DNA of 64,000 nucleotides from Pavona decussata. Its lineage: Eukaryota. The notes under the pieces are model-generated. The model searched no databases, was not told the origin of the DNA, and saw only the letters and a list, made by a program, of their open reading frames with translations. This document shows positions 62,301-64,000 of the stretch, one piece after another (the first letter of the stretch is position 1; each line of letters begins with the position of its first letter). Position numbers and translations under genes: made by a program. The stretch covers positions 248,001-312,000 of the forward strand of contig CDRNST010000053.1 in NCBI GenBank assembly GCA_977016875.1, given 5' to 3'.

Positions 62301-63285
62301 TTCAGCCTACAGCATGTTTCCTCCAAGCTGATTAAATCGCTTATCGATAGCCATCAGACGATATTTAATCAATCAAGTGTCAAGGAAAATATTAAAAACG
62401 AAAAAAAAAGCAACCTTCGATGAGGTTTTCTCAAACCTGGTTTGCTATCAATCGAGGCACCTATAAATAAGAATAAAACGTCATCAAATTCTTCTGAATT
62501 TCTTGCTGTTTACTATGTCTATTTTGGGTGCCACAGACATAATGTTATTAACTGGTTCTCTTTGCGTAGACAATAGTATGGAAGTATGCTCCGATTATGT
62601 AAATCACGATTGATTGCACAGGGTTGTGCTAACAGGAAATGGCAAATAACTCGAACTCTTTTGGTCCAAAAGAACCGGCGAAGGAAGCTTAGTCTCACGA
62701 TTACTGTCGGTTCATCCACTGCTCCACGATCATCGATCATGCTGGGAACCGAAGAATCAAAGCCTTTTTCAATTTGTGCTTACGCTTCAGTGCTTTTATT
62801 GGTTCGTCAGTGTTAATGCGGTGTAGCCTGTCTGCTTCTGTTAGCAGTTGTGCAAGAGACGATCATAGGCGAACTAGACCGACTAGTTCTTGCAACTGAG
62901 GTAAAATAGTTATTTCCTCATCTAAAACGTTATTGCTTACCTTTCTGTTTTGAGAAACTGGTAATCGTTGTTTATCAGTCGAGAAGCCAGCTTAATGAGT
63001 CTCTACTCATCTGACTTTTCTCACGTGATCAGGTCTTTCGTAGCCAAAACATAGTGTAATAACCCTCGATTATCGGTTACGAAAAACCGCTTTACAAAAG
63101 AAACAACATCCTTTGTCATGATAGTTATAATTAATAGTTTGCTGCACTATTATGTGGCATAAGTGTTGATCGACTGACAAACGATTACTCCCAGCTATGA
63201 TTTCAAAGCACGATGACTAACACCTTCCATGGCAATCTCTTGTCATTTCTCAGATAATACCAAGGTATGATTCATCATACTTGCC
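59365..63285. repeat. Tandem array of a ~2.09-kb unit (partial copy, full copy 61111-63201, start of a third)
   Basis: ttcaaa(c/g)cacgatga..caccttccatggcaa recurs at 61111 and 63202; blocks of 59820-61110 match 61930-63200. Confidence 0.92.
59511..59810 (+). mobile_element. Pogo/Tigger-like terminal fragment replacing part of the first 2.09-kb unit
   Basis: tacagtggaaccccgttaatacgacc terminus; similarity to the unit stops at 59510 and resumes at ~59810. Confidence 0.5.
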
Positions 63286-63363
63286 AAGCGGCTTCGAGTC
63301 AACAAATGGAAACCACTCAACTGAGGAACACAAAGAAACACGACATTATGGTTAGCACATTAA

Positions 63364-63862
63364 AGTGCAACTAACCCCAAAATTTTCTTTCGCTAAACGA
63401 AAATTCCTTATTGTCCTGATTAATTGTACAAAAGAAATTTTTTTCGTAGCAATTTTCTTTACATTTTTATGGCCCGCAAAGCTTCAATTTTTTTTTCAGT
63501 GGTTCTTTGGTTCACTGCCGCGCTAGAAGGAGAATGGGTCTTCGTGTTTTTTTTTTTTTTTTTTTAATTTATTATTGTTTTTTTATTAGACTTCGCCTTC
63601 AAAATTAAAACTATAAACAGAACATAACAACGTGAAACAGAAGATAAACGAGTACTGGGTTAAGGCAGGGTGACCACAACAGCTAGCGCCAATTACTGTG
63701 GGCCCAAATTACTGTGTGATGTCATCAAAGGACCTTTGAATGCGAAGTTGTTGCAAAGAGGCAGAATTGTTGATCATTGGAGGCGAATTCTATGATGCCT
63801 GAAGCATGTGTTGTCTTTGGTTGTAATAATACAGATGAAAAAACATTGGGGTTACTTGCACT
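63364..63862. mobile_element. Kolobok-type non-autonomous element with THAP N-terminus remnant
   Basis: TTAA TSD, TIR agtgcaactaacccca / tggggttacttgcact, MPEACVVFGCNNT at ~63796; an antisense poly-A-tailed fragment lies inside at ~63545-63700. Confidence 0.75.
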
Positions 63863-64000
63863 TTAAAGTTACCCTACCTTGCAAAAAAAGGTAGAATCAC
63901 TTACCTCAGGGTTCGGACGACACTTCACTTCACTTATTTATTTAATGTAACCTCGTTCATTAAATGAATGATATTATTTACCTCTCGCGAGACTAAGAAT

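Overview
AT-rich, intron-containing, transposon-dense animal DNA; the repeat families look cnidarian, probably stony coral (from recall, not a search). There is one 171-nt assembly gap at 36211-36381. (1) Host gene: a minus-strand gene of at least 12 coding exons (ATG 46179 to at least 9358), with phase-1 GT-AG introns throughout and no frameshifts found. It encodes at least 1,057 aa: signal peptide, a duplicated Ser/Thr mucin module, four CUB domains in A-B-A'-B' order, a SEA domain with GSVVV, and a Pro/Thr stalk. The last exon is unresolved. (2) Introns: two Sola3-type long-TIR DNA transposons, and an IS3EU-type transposon containing a decayed Ty3/Gypsy element that itself holds three insertions. 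One IS3EU transposase exon carries a fold-back inverted duplication. (3) Upstream: a full-length decayed RTE LINE whose 5' UTR is interrupted by an intact, very young BEL/Pao LTR retrotransposon. (4) The least explained feature is a ~2.09-kb unit, tandem at 59.4-63.3 kb and present again at 0.19-1.7 kb. It appears to hold a decayed, apparently intronless, unidentified minus-strand coding sequence, a possible endogenous viral or circular-replicon relic. Coordinates were read by eye; those given as approximate may be off by tens of bases.
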